DNA from: Lama guanicoe
Lineage: Eukaryota
Reading direction: 5' to 3'
NCBI GenBank assembly: GCA_013239625.1
Contig: MU054220.1
Span: 6,370,626 to 6,434,625 of the forward strand
DNA length: 64,000 nucleotides
Shown: one piece after another, positions 39,590 to 53,160 of the stretch
How the letters are laid out: each line of letters starts with the position of its first letter
Numbering within the stretch: position 1 is the first letter of the stretch
Notes under the pieces: model-generated
Seen by the model: the letters and a program-made list of their open reading frames with translations, nothing else
Database searches by the model: none
What the model was told of the DNA's origin: nothing
Position numbers and translations under genes: made by a program

Positions 39590-39855
39590 TAATAATAATT
39601 AGCATCAATAACTTGCTAAGAGTCAACTGTCCTACTAAGCATTTAAATGATTTGAGCTCACTTAACCTTCACAATAACCCTGGAAGATATGTGCTGTAAT
39701 TTGCTTGGTTGGTGGTTGAGTAACTTGAGCCAAAGGGCTGGCTTAGAACTTGAGAAATTGATCCAGATCCTGTAACAAATAATTGGTGGAGATGGGATTT
39801 GAACCCAGGCCATCCAGCTTCTAAATCTAGTCTCTAGCCTTACTCACTCAACTAC
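39590..39855 (-). mobile_element. MIR SINE relic
   Basis: 'cacttaaccttcacaataaccctggaag...ggtggagatgggatttgaacccaggc'. Confidence 0.7.
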
Positions 39856-40399
39856 ACAGAAAAAGAAGAGTTGAGAGTCTGAGACATTTATTAAGTATGT
39901 CTAATGGGTCACACTGAGCCAGACACAAATGATGTGGTTGTCATAATTCTTCTTCTGGAAGCATTTGCTCCCTGGTTGTGGTCTCTTTAACATGTGATGT
40001 GATCTGACAACGGTATTCCGGTTGAGATGTGTAGTCTGACCAAGGCCAAGTAGGGCTAAATGATCTTCTCCCTTATTCTAGATGCTATGCCTCTATTAAT
40101 AGGGCTCACGTTTGCTTTAGATTTTTTGCTGCTGCTAGTGTTTCAGATAAGACAGTTGTCATCTAAAACCTTCAAGTCTTCCCATCTGGAGGAAATGAGA
40201 GAGGAAGCTCATTGAGAGGGAGGGATGAAAGACGGTGTAGAGACCAAACAGGAAGATTTTACAGGACAGGTGGGAAGTCAACCTGCCGCTGAAATTATGA
40301 GGAGCAGTTTAGGTGGCAAGAAGGGTAAGGTGTGACAATCAAAAAGAGACGGCAACTGAGCTTGTGAGCCTGTATTTTCCCAGGTGCATTCATCTGCTC

Positions 40400-42700
40400 G
40401 AAGTGAGGGGGCTCAGAGTGGAACTGGGGTTTTGAAATGTGTGCAAATTTTTTTTTTTTTGACAACTGCTATGGGAAATTGTAACGGGGAGTTAACATAT
40501 TGGTCTTTATTTATAGTTTCTGTATGTTCCAACGTAGTTGCCACAGAAACCCTGTCATCTTGCACCGCACCTCAATTCAGATTTGACAGGAGGAGTGCAG
40601 GGGAGAGGGGACGGTGTCCACAGGAGTTTTAATTGATCTCCGGATTGATATATAGTCTGTGTGTAACCCATGTGTCTCTGATGCTGACCCCAGCTACGTA
40701 TTTCTGAAAGTACCCAGGGAGTGTCTCCCGTGCGCTTCAGAAGGAAATCAGTCAGAGATCACAGAGCATCTGTTGATTCCCATGCCTCTTCCAGCCTCCT
40801 TTGGTGAACGAGCCCTTTCATCAGTGGACATCGATCTCTATTACAGCCCACTGCACTGTGCAGCTCGTGTGCCTTCAGGGAATACCACCCCCACTGGTGC
40901 CGTTGGCACCGCAGGCTGCCCTCCTTTCCCACTGCACTTCAATCACAGCCGATTCTGGGAGGTGGCCTTGTCCTCCAGGCACCACTGTCACCCATCAGCC
41001 CAGCTCAGTCGTTCAGCAGCTGAGGCTTAGGATCCCAGGCTGGTGGTGTAAAGTTAAGAGATGTTGTACCTTTAAGGTTTTTGTGGATGTCCTGCACTGT
41101 TCGTGCTTGCCCCAGTGTCTTCCATGAAACAACTTTTTTTTTTTCCAGTTTTGTTATAACAGCCCTTTGCACTCCAGAAAACTGAAGCCTGAATAGAGAA
41201 GGGGGTGGGGCAGGGCTGGGAGATAAATCCAAGTAACCCTCATATACTCATAATATCTCTTCCCCTCTGAGTGCCCGTGGTTTTAATATCGACCCAAGCT
41301 TGTAATCCCTGGTTCTGCGTCTTTGAGAGTCCATTTTGTTTAGTTTTGTTTGCAAGGACACTTTTCAGTTCTGGATGTGAATAGACTTCTTATGGACCCA
41401 GCCACCAGTTAGAAGACCTGTCATAGCTACCTGGGCAGTGGACTTGGCCCGGGCTCCAGCTGGAACTCTCACTGCATGACGTTGCATTACCAGGTCTGCT
41501 CCATGCTGCTTGGGAAAAGGTATGCAAAAGGGCCAACCCCTTGTTGTTCTGTTAGTACCCACATTGTTGCAAACAACAAGTATTTATAGTCTGTCCCCAG
41601 GTACTTATAAGCCCCAGAATGTATCCGAGCACTGCTCTGAGACTTGACCTTTGGAAGTTACTTCTGTAATTTGACAGTTATTTGAGGTCCACAAGCTGCC
41701 TTTGGTAGAGAAAGGGACTAGATAACAACTTTACTTCTCTCTCCCAGGCCTGGTCTTTATCAATACTGTTTATTCAAGGTCAGTGTTGTGGGAAGTTCCT
41801 TTCACCTGAACATTCATGTTAGTCTCCTGTAGATCATAAGGATCACAGGAGTCTTCTAGAAAGATGTGGGCCCATATGTGGGCAGCAGGACACAGCCCCA
41901 TCTGTCTTCAGCCTGTACATGAGCACTGAGGCCCCTCAGGGGTCGCTACAACCTTCCCTGCGGTAGGTACCCTCCCAGTTAGGAACCCTTCCTCTTACAT
42001 TTCACCTTTTTGAGTCCTGCAAGAAAGGTGGAGGGGCTGAACTCTGAAATTAGAATTGTGTTTTAAATAAAGGGAGGAAGCTGAGGGGCAGAAAGACATT
42101 TCCACTCTGAAGAATTTCAGATCTGTTGTTGCTGATCTGTAAGATGCACGTGGTAAAAGACGAGGGTCTGTGGGAGGGCGGCCGCTCTCCCAGACAGAGA
42201 GCCACGCACACAGTCAGTTGGTAATGAGATTCTCCACAGCCGCAAACTGCTCTGTCCATTCATATTTCTTTCCACCTGTCCCCACAATGGTGTCTGTTTG
42301 CTCAGCCCACATGCAACAAGGCTGTGTTTGTGAGTCAGGGCCCATTCATTGGCTGTCTATTTAGAAGTCTTGACGGAAAATCCCGTGAAAAGCTCCTCAA
42401 TTCAAATTCCTCTTTAATGACTTGCTCCATTCACCAGAGATGGCCGGGGGAGGGTGCTGGGGCTTGACTTCTTCCACTATGGGACACAAGAAAGCATTTT
42501 TTATAAAGCTCCTGACGTGCCATGATTATTAAACAAAAAGTCATGATAAACGATGGAATCGGAGGGAGTTCAGCTGTTCTCCATGCCTCTCTTTGGGCTT
42601 CCCCTCCCCACCCGCCCAGAGAATTAGTTGCTTGATTGGTTCTCCCTGGATGGGTTTAAAGATTTTATTGGAAGAGAATGACGTTAGTTGTAACCCTTGT
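40400..42700. promoter_or_regulatory. Candidate enhancer/promoter-like GC- and CpG-richer unique region
   Basis: No recognisable repeats, visibly higher GC and CpG. NF-kB-type GGGAAGTTCC at 41790, E-box CACGTG at 42147, GCGGCCGC at 42178, AP-1 TGAGTCA at 42331, GC-box-like and inverted CCAAT motifs near 42607-42640. Confidence 0.35.
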
Positions 42701-42853
42701 TAACAAAGCCAAGGGACAATTACAATGATCTGGATTCTATGGCTTGGATTGCGGTTTTGCTAGTTGAGGCACATGGAACATGGGAAAATATTTCTTTGTG
42801 TTTTTGGTTCTATCTGTATATTTCTTAGTTTATAGAAGAAATCCGTTTGGTAC

Positions 42854-43299
42854 TGTCGGGGAAGAAGGAATTTTTGTGTACCCTTCTAGGCTCTTCTGCT
42901 TGATCTGAGAATTAAACTAAATAAAACAAAAGCTTAATAATATGTGTACATGGGAGGGACCCAGGAAAACTGGGTAGCTCACCAGAGTGGCTGAAACCCA
43001 CCCCTTAAATGCTGTCTTCAGCTGAAGACAGAAGGACTTGTTGGGGGATAGTGGTTTGGGGCTTCAAAGGGAAGGAGGCAGTTCACAAGGAGACAGAAGA
43101 CACATGTTTGGTGAAAAAACACAGACAGCTGTGGTGATAGCTCTATTCCAGGATCAGGCTGTCTATCTAAATCCTTATAAGCAGTTAAGGGGAAGATCAA
43201 CATTTCTTCTTGAGTCTTTTGGGCCATGGTGGGTCTCAACTTGAAATAATGGGCATGCCAAAGAGACATTTTGGACTGGCAAGTTCTGCTCCCTTTCCA
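42854..43299 (-). mobile_element. ERV1-like solo LTR (about 445 bp)
   Basis: TG...CA termini. The minus strand begins 'tggaaagggagcagaacttgccagtccaaaatgtctctttggcatgcccattatttcaag', resembling laurasiatherian ERV1 LTRs. TATA-like ATTTAA near 43010-43005 and ATTAAG/polyA-like element near 42935. Confidence 0.75.
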
Positions 43300-43479
43300 T
43301 GCTAGGTAATCAACTACTGAGACAGTCCCTAATAAGTGCATGATACATGGGAACATCGCATAGATAGAGGAAAACCTGCTGTTTTCTGAGCCTGGTTTGA
43401 GTTACTGCCTTAATTTGAGTAACTTTCTTTAGACTCACTCACTCAGGGTTAAAGGATTTTCCCATAGACCTCCTTAACG

Positions 43480-43670
43480 TCTCGTACAGCCTCTTTCCTA
43501 TCACTCATTACCATCAGGAATAATGTGTAATTCTTGAGTTTCCCCCCTTTAGAATCCATCATCCGTGAGTTCAGGGACTGTGTCTGACACATTCACTGCT
43601 GGATCCGCTCTCAGAACAGCACGTGCCGTGCAGTACGTGCCCAGTGAGTATTTCTTGAGTGAATGAATGA
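43480..43670 (+). mobile_element. L2 3' end relic
   Basis: 'gtgagttcagggactgtgtctg...cagaacagcacgtgcc...cagtgagtatttcttgagtgaatgaatga'. Confidence 0.7.
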
Positions 43671-44014
43671 CTCACAGTCTGACACTCTTTATATTTTTAA
43701 AGAGTCCCTTACAAGAATTTTCCCAAGTAGAGAGTAAATTGAAGAACACACAGCGAGATCTCAATTTGCCATTAAAATGTTTTGCTTCTTATCTTTGCTT
43801 TCCAACATGCAGTCTGCATAGGCGAGTGCTAAGTGATGAAGGTGAAGCCAAGATTTCACCAGCTTTCTGCCCTCAGTGACCTAAGAAACTCTCAGTGGTG
43901 ATAGAAAAAAGAAACGTTTAGTGTCATAAAAGAGAGAGAAACAAACTGCTCTGGAATTTCAGACACGAGAAAGTTTATCTTTAGCTGTGGGAATCAGTCT
44001 TTGTGAAGAAGCTT

Positions 44015-44230
44015 CTAGGGTGAAGCAAGTAAGGTTTGAGCCTCAAGCATAACATTCAAGGGGGCACCAAAACTCTCAGTAATCGAGATGAATAATATTT
44101 AATGTAATATTTTACAAAATCAATATTGATATCCAAGATACCGTGATGAACAAAATATGAAAATTTAAATAAAGTATCACTGAGTTTTTCTTTTGCCTCA
44201 GGCTCCATTATGACTTGGAGTGGCCTTGGT
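44015..44230. mobile_element. hAT-Tip100-like (Arthur/MER69-type) MITE relic
   Basis: 'tagggtgaagcaagtaagg...aagggggcaccaaaactctcagtaatc...ttttgcctcaggctcca'. Family from recollection only. Confidence 0.5.
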
Positions 44231-44929
44231 GCTAATATTAAGGAGGTGAACGTTTTGCAAAGGGAGACTTAGGAGAGTTGACCATCAGCACAGAACAGGG
44301 AGAGAAAAGATGTTCTGGGGAAACTGGAGTAGCCTGATTTGATCAAAGGAACATGTAGGGGGTATTAGTAATATTCTAGGTGATTCAAAAAAAGAGTCTT
44401 TTATTTGATCTGAATATTTAAAAGAAAGAGCCTTTTACTTGATCTGAATATTCACTGACTCAGTTTAATTTGCCCTCCTATACAAGAAGAGTGAAAATGC
44501 TAGGAAAACTGTACCTGCACTGAGAGAGCACTCCCGAATTAGACAGTGTTAAGCAGAACTGCTGGAAGGTTCTTCTGGCTCTCGGGCTTTTGCTCTCCTA
44601 TGACTTAGCAGTTCCCCTCCCTCATTTCTGAGTGATGTGCTTGTTCTCCCCAACATGTCAACGGTTTCAGTGAGGTGACAGTCCGCTCCTCTTTTCTTCT
44701 TAGACATTGGTCTGCTTTAGGTGCCATCCTATTTCTGTTAGAATCTGTTATGTGTTTATTTCAAAGTTTAACTCTGAAAAGGCCAACGTTCTTCCCCTAA
44801 TTTCCAATTTTTGAGTCACTCCACTGACAAATCTGATTTAAATATATTTTGGTTGAATTTATCAGTGTTTTCCTAAGTGCGATCATGAGCTGGATAGTAT
44901 ATGATAGCATGGGATCAAGGGTGAATTTT

Positions 44930-45150
44930 CTGAGTTTGGGAGGAATAAAAGGGCATGATGTTTGCAACTTACTCTCAAATGGTCTACCCAAAACACAAAT
45001 AAATAAAAACAATTATATTGAGTAAACGTAGTAGGAGTTAACAGTGTAGAGTGAAAAATTGGGGAAGCCAAAGTGGCAAATGTCAACAATTGGTGAAATC
45101 TAGGTGAAAGGTACAGAGAAACTATGGTTATTGTCTTTCAAATTTCTTTT
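44930..45150 (+). mobile_element. Old L1M 3'UTR fragment
   Basis: 'gggcatgatgtttgcaacttactctcaaatgg...aacaattggtgaaatctaggtgaaaggtaca'. Confidence 0.65.
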
Positions 45151-47939
45151 AAATGACCTAAGACAGGAACAGAAGGCTGTCGAAAGAGACTTGTAGTTAA
45201 ATAATCTACTTTCTCATCTGATAAGTGCAGACAGTTTTTGGGCAATTAAAGAAATTGGCAAAAGAAGGCAAATACTCAAAAAAAAAAAGTTTAACACCTA
45301 ACATAAAAGACATCCTTTCACTAATCGTTTGTTAGGGGCCATGCCTTTTCTTGGAGTTTCCTTACACCGCTTAGAATTCTGAGTCATAGCGCTCACAGTA
45401 AACTGCTCCTAAAACAATATGTCATTCCCTTTTCAGTTTCTCTAATCTAGAGGTAACATTTTAGAAAAGAAAAACTTTCAAAGCAATTTGAGTGCAAATC
45501 TCATCTGCTTAATTATTTTTCATGATTTTCCTCTTCACTGTTTACGGTTTTCCCACCCACATCAATTTGACAAGGCTTTTAGAGACTCACCAAGATCAAG
45601 TCGTCACAAAGCATTCGATTTGGCTTTTATACAAATGGGAGTTCTTTCTTTTTCTTCACACACATTTCATCAGTTTACATAATATTTAAAATATTATAAT
45701 TTCATATTTAATTGCAGTTGAATCCCATCATTACAATAACAAGTACATAAGTTTGGGTAGCAATACAACTGGCATTAGGCAAGCATGCATTTCAGTACAC
45801 AGAGCAGAGGTCACAGCAGCAAATGCACAGTGTGTAGGCATGGGCAGGACATTGTAGAGAGAAATGAGAACACCACCTAATTCAGAAGTTCCATTGAGGG
45901 CATTTAAGAGGATTTCTACTACATTCTAATTTTGTGTTACTATCCACAAATTTTTTTAAATCAGTTTTTTAACTTACATGTAGTTCTTCAATGATGATCT
46001 ATAACAAAATTCAAATTCCTCTTTCTCCCTTGTCATTCTCTGTCTCTCCTTTGCTCCAACCTCTTTCCTCCACCCTGCCCCCCCCCCCAATTCATGAGAT
46101 AGGAGGCTGGGAAATTGAATTTTGCTTGAGATGCACCAGTGGTATCTTTATATGAATATTAAAGGTGGGGGGCTGATGTACTGGGGCTTTTTAGGGCAAG
46201 AATGCAAGCAAAATTTGCCACTTGGGTATATAATAAGTGACCCCTTTGTACCAGTCGAGACAGTTGAGAAATTCTAACCAGCTTTTAGTGACTGGTGGTC
46301 CTGAGGAGGAGTGTGGTGTGGTGTTGGGGCAAGTGATAGAGGAATCATAAAGAAAGAGGAATTTCCTGTACACAAGCCACTCTCCCCCTTGAAGATCTGC
46401 AGACTCAGGAAAGGGAAGGCAAGAGAGATGGAGAAAACCCAAGAATTGTTCATCAAAATTGATGTAGCATTCCAAAGTCATTGGATAAGTGGTGTCAGTG
46501 CTAGATGTCAGTGACCAGTGATGAAATCTGTGATTCAGGGACTTTAAGAAAAGTTTTGATTGCTTGCTTTTGAGAGGAACCTAGGATTCATAGAGGAAAA
46601 AAAAAAAAGACATCTGTTCTCCAACAACCTGAATGAGAGAAAATGGACTGAGCCCATGGGAGGAAGTGAAATAGTTAATACAAACGTCAAGTGAAATCAG
46701 TTAACATTTTGGAGAAGATTCCAATGTGTTGACTTGTTGAACCACTGTTTCATGCTGGGTGTTTCTAATGATGTTCTCCCATGAATAAACGTACCCTCAT
46801 AAGTTTTAACCTTCAGTTAAAACTGCAAAATGTTAGAAATGGTTTCTCTATGACTCTTCAAATTCTAAATGTTGAATTCCAATTCATCATGCAATCCCTA
46901 CTGCCACAGTAGTTTCATTTATCTGTGTTGCCCACTTTTGTCCATGGTCCATCATTTCAGGCAAAATTATTATTGTTTTATCCCACCTAATATAAAAGGG
47001 TCTCTTATGACTGTAAACTCATTATGTCCTTGGGAAACTTGTTCTGTTTTCAAATAAATTCAATCAAAACACTGTTCTTACCTGAGAGAACCAAATCTGC
47101 TTCCTGTATTTATTACTCATCAGTCCTACTTCTCTTGGTGCAAAAAAATTAGTTTATTTCCCTTTTATGTGATACTCTCTCAAATATAAGATGAGTTACC
47201 GAGTTCCCATAAACATATTCTTGTTGTCTTTGAAAGAAAAATAAATTCATCTTTTCTGGAAAATTTAAGTCCGTTTACAAGTAGCATTAGGTTATTTGAA
47301 GAATTCAGTGTTTATTGTTTGAAATAGAGATTTATTTTCTATTCAGCCTGTCTTTGCATATTTTAAAATGCTTTTATATTTCTAAATTTATTATGGACCA
47401 AGAATTGACTCTATTTTTCGGAACGCTGTCTCACCTAATCTTGGCAATCCTGTTTCTCTGTTTACATATACATAACAGATCAAAGGAAATGATGATCTTT
47501 TTTGATAGTAGGCTGTGGAATATCTGGGTATAACATCTACTAGAAAGTCTCTAAGATGCTATGACATTTTGAGGCAACTCCAGTAGGTGAGGAAATTAAG
47601 AATAATAAGGTGGATTTCAAGGGCAGTTGTTCCAAAATGGTTCGTGAAGCAAAGTTGTGCAAGTTTTGTTGCCTTATAATTTTAATGGAAGTAACTCTGT
47701 GCTTGCTTAGCATTATAAGAAAGTCTGATATTCTTGTTTTTATCTTTCTTTTTATCTTACTGCCTATCCTTAACTTATTCCACTGCTTTCAAGTGGTTCT
47801 GAGAGAATAGGAAATAATCAATCAAGAAAAAAAAATATTCTCTGTGTTTATTTTATTTTGGCTTTGCTACTGGTGAGCCATGTATCAGTAAAGGGTCAGA
47901 ATCGCTCAGATCGACGTAGAGTGGGACAGATTCTTCCAC

Positions 47940-48463
47940 TGTATACAGTATTATCTGCACAGTTTCTCTTCCTGCTTCTTCCTCATCAGGGTGGCAATGA
48001 TCTAGCATTCAAACAAACAAACAAACAAACAGCTCATTTCCCTGCCTTTCATGCATATGAGTATGGTCATGTGGCCCCTTGGCCAATGCAATACAGAAAG
48101 AAATCCCTGGAGAGCCTGTCCTCTGGAATTAAAAATAAATAACCGAACAAAAAAAGGACCTTGCTCGAGAAAGGCCTTCTTTTTTTCACCTCTTCCTCCC
48201 CTCTGTAATAGGCCCAGAGATCATTCTGGTGACAAGGTGAAGCAGTGACAAGGATTAAGACAGAGAATTGCATACTGAAAACAGAGGAGCAGAAAGATGA
48301 GATGCCCCTGGGTGCTTGACCACATTGTTGAGCCACTGTCCCAGCTGTGGAATATCTACTCACAGACTTGTTACTGCAGAAGACAGATGCATTTCTTAGT
48401 TGTTGGTATACATGTGAGTTGAATTTTTCCTTATTTGCAGTGAAATGCATTCTGATCTCGTAC
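47940..48463 (+). mobile_element. Ancient MaLR LTR (MLT1J/K-like)
   Basis: 'ggtcatgtggccccttggccaatg', 'cattgttgagccactg', 'ttatttgcagtgaaatgcattctga...taca'. Confidence 0.55.
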
Positions 48464-51400
48464 AGAGGTATGGCTTTCTCAGTGGAAAATATCTCTTGGA
48501 CATTTTAGCCATGGATAATTAAAGGTAATGTTAAAAGATAGTGGTGGAATACAAAGGCTTTATGATTCCTGTAAATTATCTGTTATCTTTGAATACTAAA
48601 TTCTGAGGAGAAATAGATTTACTGACCTATGTAAACCTACAGTTCCTACCATTATAAAAATGTTATTTAATATGTTTTTAAAAAATTGCCTATGTGCAAA
48701 TATGACCACTTTTTAGACAACAAAAAATAACAGAACTTTTTATTTCTATTAATTTCATGAAATATATAGTAAGCCTGCAGAGAATATTTTCCATTTATCT
48801 CTAAATTTGACGGACATCCCATATAAATTTCATTTATATATTTCAGCAAGGATAATGACATAATTTCATACTTTCCCACAAATGTTTGTTTTCATTTGGT
48901 ATTTTAAAAATCTAAGTTTTTATTCAATAGCAAACTAAATCCCTTTTATTCCAAACTCCTTCTCCATAAGATTTTTTATTCTTGGCAGATAAAGCAAGAA
49001 TTTTATTAAAGCATTGTTGACATATTCATCATATACTTTCAGTTATCTGATATCACTGGAAGAGTAAGAGGAAAAATGGAAATGCTAGAAGCTTTATTGC
49101 TTTAATTCTTTGAGTAACATTTCTAGAGATAGATTCAGAGTTTGAGAAGGTAGTTGTATTTTTGTGAGGGTTTAAGAAATAAGGAAGGAAAAAAATATAC
49201 CAAAGAATTTATTTTCTTTAGTTTCTTGGCTGAAGTCCCAAGCTGAAAGGAGTTGTTTTGGATTTGCTCCTAGTTTTCGTCTGGAGGCCTCAAGAAAAGC
49301 ACAGCATAATTTGTCAATAGAAATGGCACATGTGTAAGAGATGGGGGCACAGAGCAGCCACCAAGACCTCTTTGTAAAGCAGAGAAGATCCCAGCTGAAG
49401 CACAGCTGCTTCTGCAATGCAGTTATCAGTCCCTTAGAACCTGAGGCACTGGTTTCTGTCCCTCAAAAACTTCAAAAAATATTTGCCATTTTATATGAGG
49501 ATGTAGAGGACATTGATCATTACTTAATTTTCACCTTCTCTTAGATTCTGTCCCACACCAGGCTCGGAAACAGAGTGATATAGGGCATGGGATTTTGAAT
49601 TGTTTACTGATTTTGCTTTGGGAAATATCTATCAAACATTAGAGTAAGGTCTGGGAGGTACAGCTAAACCTGACTTTGCTGTTTCTTATCCTGTGTCACC
49701 TCTCTGGCAACCCACTTGAACGGAACTTGGAGAAAATAGCCTTCTAACTTATTAGGTATCTTGTTGAAATCACTCAGCCCAGTCAATCACAAGCTCTTCC
49801 CTCTCAGACTCCCTTGACTTCGAAAGATAAATTGGTTAAATGCTAGGTATGTGGATATAATGAAAAAGCAGGTTGAAACTGGTCACAGTTGACGTCATGT
49901 ATCTACGATAATGTGTCACATTCTACAGAAATTGTTGGCTTCAATGTCATGGAGAATAAAGTCCCAGTGTCAACGTTACAGATTGAGTCCTCAGATCTTT
50001 TCTGCCTATTTGTTTTATTATGTTTCTTGACCTGAACATATCAACTTGAAAATAGCTCTATATTTTTCTTTCTGTCCAGTTTTTTTTAATAATTACAAAA
50101 ATAGAAATAAAATACTAAGCAGTTTTCTGAAAGAAAACAGAACCTTTAAAACCCCCACAACAACACAACTGTGATTCCCTTAGCTTCCTCCCTTTCTCAT
50201 CTTTGTACACGTGCATGGGTGTTCTGCAGCAATGGGTCACAGCCACCGTTTTATCTTGTGTTCCATCTTGTTTCATCTCACGCTGTCCACCTATTGGATC
50301 AGTTGGTAAACTGTGATAAACACTAAAACATAAGGACAGATCATATGTGTTCAATATCATTAATATTTGTAACTATATGTTAAATGGTCACAAAATGTAC
50401 ATAAAGTGTGACAGTTGCAGCACATTTTTTAACAGTGCCTTACTTTTTGGATATTTATCTTAGTTCTAATTTTCCCCTATTTTAGATAATTCTGCAATAT
50501 TTTTCCTGTCTTTGAATTAGTTAGTTCTTTATGATAAATTGTAGGGTGAAAGGGTGTGGACATTTCATGGCATTGAATATATATGGCTCTTGCCAATTTA
50601 CACTGTTAAGAGCCACATGTAAGTGTATTATCAGCCATGGTATATTATACTGTTAATGCATTTGTTTCTGTAATCACTGATATTATTCAGAAATTTCAGA
50701 TCATAAAAGGAATTGTTATACTGAGACCTTAGCCTACGTAGAACCTCTAAGAATTATATTCCTTTAAATCGTTTCTACATTAATTATTAATAAGATTTTT
50801 ACTTCATAGGCTGTGCATTATGACTCAATTCCCCTTATCCTTGTTAACTCTCTTTCCTGCTATAATAGTTTTCCTGGGATTCATTATGAAACTTGTCGAA
50901 CCATAAATAGCCATGGGTCATACTGCCTTCTGAAAAAAGTGAGTTCCACTGGAATATAAATCCAAATGAAAAATAAAACATTTTGTATATTTTAACATTA
51001 AGGAAAGGGGACAACACTATATAATAATTTTTCCTCTGAAAATGTTTCCTTCTTCTGCATTGTACATTCTTACAAATAAAATATATTATGCTATAATAAT
51101 CAAATGGAAATACATCTTTCTTTAGGATATACCATTTGATAATTCAGTTACTCACATATATTTAGAACAACCCCTGCTTTCCTAAGGTTGGAGAGGGACC
51201 GTATACTTTGTACAGAGATGAATGAAACTGAGGGTCAAAATTGGCCAATGTCAAATCACAGGCAGAATATACAAGTGAGAACCCCAAGTCTCACCCCATT
51301 CTTTGTGTGAAGTTGTTTTTTCCCACACTCTGTGACTCTGGGACCTGTTCTTGAGAGAGTTCTTTTTTTTTTCTTTTCTTGTTTTTTTCCTTTAAGTGAT

Positions 51401-51749
51401 TTTTAGTTTTGAGGGTTAAACGTTGGACTGGAACCTGAGGAAATGTGGGTATAAGTAGTACATCATCATTTTGGAAATAAATGGGTAGATATTTGAGAAT
51501 AATCTCAAAGCTAAAGATAACTCCAAACTGCTGATAGAAGTTGGCCTGGGTTTTAGTTTTTTATCCTACTTTGAAGCTTTCTTTAACTGAATAGCTCTCT
51601 CTTGTTCTAGTAAATGAAGACATCAGGATATAACAGTGAGACCACCAAGCTCAACTGTTTCTCATTTCACAAGGCTCAAAATGTGCCTGCATGTGTATCT
51701 TCATGCATTCATGTATTTGTATGTTTAATAGCAACCCTAGTGAATTTTT

Positions 51750-52490
51750 TTAAAATTACAAGTTAATACACGCTCATTACAAAAAGTATGCAGTATTAAA
51801 TTATATAGGGCATAAAGTGAAACTTGTCTTCTCATTTGCTTCCCACCAACATTTTAAAAGCTTATCAATATTAATAGTTCTGTATATCTTTTTTTTTAAG
51901 ATTTACTTTGTGTGCATCTAAATATAATTTTATGATATGCTACCATTCGTGTGCTTTATTTCATTCATAGAACATTATTATTACCTCATTATAACAATAC
52001 AATATCATAGCAGAAAATATTGAAAATACAGATTAATATAAAGAATAAAGAAAAAGTGCCTGTTTTCACATTACTAGGCTTTTATTCATTTATGTTTTTT
52101 GAATGAAATCGGATCACACCATTTATAATGTGTAACAACATTTTTTTTTCTGTTAATATATTTTGAACATTTCCTACAGGATTAAATGTTCTTCTATAAC
52201 ATAATATATTCTGGTTACTTACTTTAAAAAATATTCCAGAATTTATTTATCTCATCTTCTATTGTTGGGTCATAGATTGTTTTTACTATCTTCTCAATAT
52301 TATAAGTAATGTTGGTACATAAAGCTTTATGCATATTTTTTACTGATTATACTGTTTCTTAAAATTGAAATTGCTGACTCAAAGCATTTGAAATTTTGTT
52401 GAACTATTACTAAATTCCACTCTGAAAAAAATTTTAAATTTATTCCCCCAACAAGTAATCTGCAAGAGCATCTGTTTGTGAAGAGATTAT
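51750..52490 (-). mobile_element. Very old L1ME relic
   Basis: AT-rich degenerate L1 3' motifs ('aaatcggatcacaccatt', 'ctattgttgggtcatagattgttttt', 'gaaattgctgactcaaag'). Confidence 0.45.
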
Positions 52491-52764
52491 TGTTAGACTT
52501 TATTATGGTCAAAAGGATCACTCGAGATAGTACATAAACCATGGAATGAGGTGCAGTATGTAACTGAACCACTAACTTAAAGACTAAATAGTTCCAAAGG
52601 ATTGACTGGCATAACTCTAGTTAACTACCAGTTGCTTGTCAGAATGATTTGGTAATAATCTAATACAAGAGTTTTAAGCATAAAGTATATTTAAAACATT
52701 ATATTGGATATAAAACATATTGAGTATAAAATAACATTTTTATACATTTCTACCATCCTGTCTG

Positions 52765-53160
52765 TCATTCTAAGTAACACCAGAATAGACTGGGGTATGT
52801 TGTAATAACAGACAACCCTCAGATTTCAATGATAAAAACAAAATACTAATTTTTCGGTTGTGCTGCTGTTTGCTGTGGTTGTGTGTGGCTCTGCTGTATT
52901 CCGTGTTCAGTCTGACACCTAGGCTGCAGAAACAGTTCTTACCCAGGATATAGAAAAAAGAGATGTGGTGGAACCATTAATAGGCTTGAACTTGGGCTCA
53001 GAAGAGACACATGATTACTTCATCCCAATTCACTAGCCAAAATGAGTCATATTTCTCACATCATTGTGGTGGAGACATGTAATTGTTCCACCTTGAGAGG
53101 CAAGGTAAGCTACATGGTCAAGCCAGCTGTCGACATATCAGGAAAGTTCAATTCTGTCCC
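52765..53160 (-). mobile_element. Ancient MaLR LTR (MLT1I/J-like)
   Basis: 'gttgtaataacagacaaccctcagatttcaatg', 'gacacctaggctg', 'cactagccaaaatgagtcatat'. Confidence 0.5.

Noticed and set aside
40384..41232. ORFs of 75-123 aa in the GC-richer region
   Set aside because: No recognisable domain, overlapping frames and non-ATG starts for most; explained by base composition.
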